Shown here: positions 62,873 through 64,000 of the stretch, in pieces
How the letters are laid out: the number at the start of each line of letters is the position of its first letter
Numbering within the stretch: the stretch's first letter is position 1
DNA from: Squalus acanthias
Taxonomy: Eukaryota
Length of the DNA stretch: 64,000 nucleotides
Assembly (NCBI GenBank): GCA_030390025.1
Contig: CM059433.1
Coordinates: 14,076,001 to 14,140,000 of the forward strand
Reading direction: 5' to 3'
The notes under the pieces: generated by a model
Told to the model about the DNA's origin: nothing
What the model saw: the letters and a program-made list of their open reading frames with translations, nothing else
The model's database searches: none
Position numbers and translations under genes: made by a program

Positions 62873-63154
62873 ACCCCAAGAGTCCATCAGGATGTGTTTT
62901 CCCAGGCTTTTGCCCAGCTGCACACTTTATCCTGCACTCCTTTGCTCAGCAGGTGCTCGCCTTATGATATTTTCTGGAAAGTTTCAATATTGTGGTGAAT
63001 TTTGCAAGGTCCCATACTGCTAGTTGGGGCTCACACGCAGCCAATGCATATCAGAAAATCACAAGCAATGTGCCTGAGATTCTCTGCTCTGTGTGAGGCC
63101 TCCAAAAACCACCCTATTGCTATAAAGTGCTGAGTCTCTTCCCAAAATAATCAA

Positions 63155-63635
63155 AAAGACTTGCATTTATAAAGCGCTTTTCACGACCACCGGACGTCTC
63201 AAAGCGCTTTACAGCCAATGAAGTACTTTTTGAAGTGTAGTCACTGTTGTAATGTGGGAAACGCGGCAGCCAATTTGCGCACAGCAAGCTCCCACAAACA
63301 ACAATGTGATAATGACCAGATAATCTGTTTTCAGGGATGTTGATTGAGGGATAAATGTTGGCCAGAACACTGGGGATAACTCCCCTGCTCTTCTTCGAAA
63401 TAGTGCCATGGGATTTTTTACGTCCACTTGAGAAGGCAGACGGGGCCTCGGTTTAATGTCTCATCCGAAAGACAGCACCTCCAACAGTGCAGCACCCCCA
63501 ACAGTGCGGCACTCCCTCAGCACTGCACTGGAGTGTCAGCCTAGATTTTTGTGTTCAAGTCTGTGGAGTGGGACTTGAACCCACAGCCTTCTGACTCAGT
63601 AAACGAGGGTGCTACCCACTGAGCCACAGCTGATG
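63155..63635 (-). mobile_element. Deu-domain tRNA-SINE
   Basis: Full-length copy with a small internal duplication. Confidence 0.85.
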
Positions 63636-64000
63636 CCAAAATAATACAGCTTTCAAAACATTTATTTTGCATGCAAGTTATCTAGCCCCATTACAGATAT
63701 TCAGATGAGCAGAAAAAGGCTTTTGGGCATGACTCATTATGCTATAAAGATTTGTAAAGAAACGTTTGCATTCATAAAGCACCTTTCATGACCTCAAGAT
63801 GTCCCAAAGTGCTTTACAACCATTGAAGTACTTGTGAAGTATAGTCACTGTTGTAATGTACGAAAACTGCTCTTTCATTGGCACTGTTAAATTTATTTCA
63901 CTAATAAAACTAAAACATTTTCTTTCAAGCCTTCTTCCCTCCTTCCTCATAAGCACTAACTCACATCACAGTACAGCTCCACAGGGGTCAGTCACTCTTA

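Noticed and set aside
1..64000. CRISPR arrays or prokaryotic operons
   Set aside because: No repeat-spacer periodicity; the content is vertebrate transposon-derived.

Overview
Eukaryotic, repeat-dense, apparently intronic or intergenic DNA. The repeat content (CR1 LINEs, Deu-domain tRNA-SINEs, many Harbinger elements) is typical of a cartilaginous fish such as a shark; this is an inference. No intact host protein-coding gene is recognisable. The window holds: one near-full-length decayed CR1 (esterase ORF1 plus EN/RT ORF2) and many 3' CR1 fragments, mostly on the minus strand; a decayed Harbinger with a DDE transposase and a Myb/SANT gene; about 15 non-autonomous Harbinger-type elements sharing an AC-NNN-GT target preference; a Tigger-like MITE; and a Gypsy integrase relic. 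The most notable signals are (1) short Penelope-type elements carrying minimal hammerhead-ribozyme motifs, two with intact cores (21061-21097 and 43394-43430, minus strand); (2) two different Harbinger MITEs inserted at the same three bases of such elements, the predicted ribozyme cleavage triplet; (3) an orphan, possibly PH-domain-like disabled gene at about 56.0-57.2 kb; and (4) a hairpin conserved with paired changes between two diverged MITE copies. Family assignments come from motif recognition only; no database searches were run. Boundaries of elements without a stated TSD are approximate.
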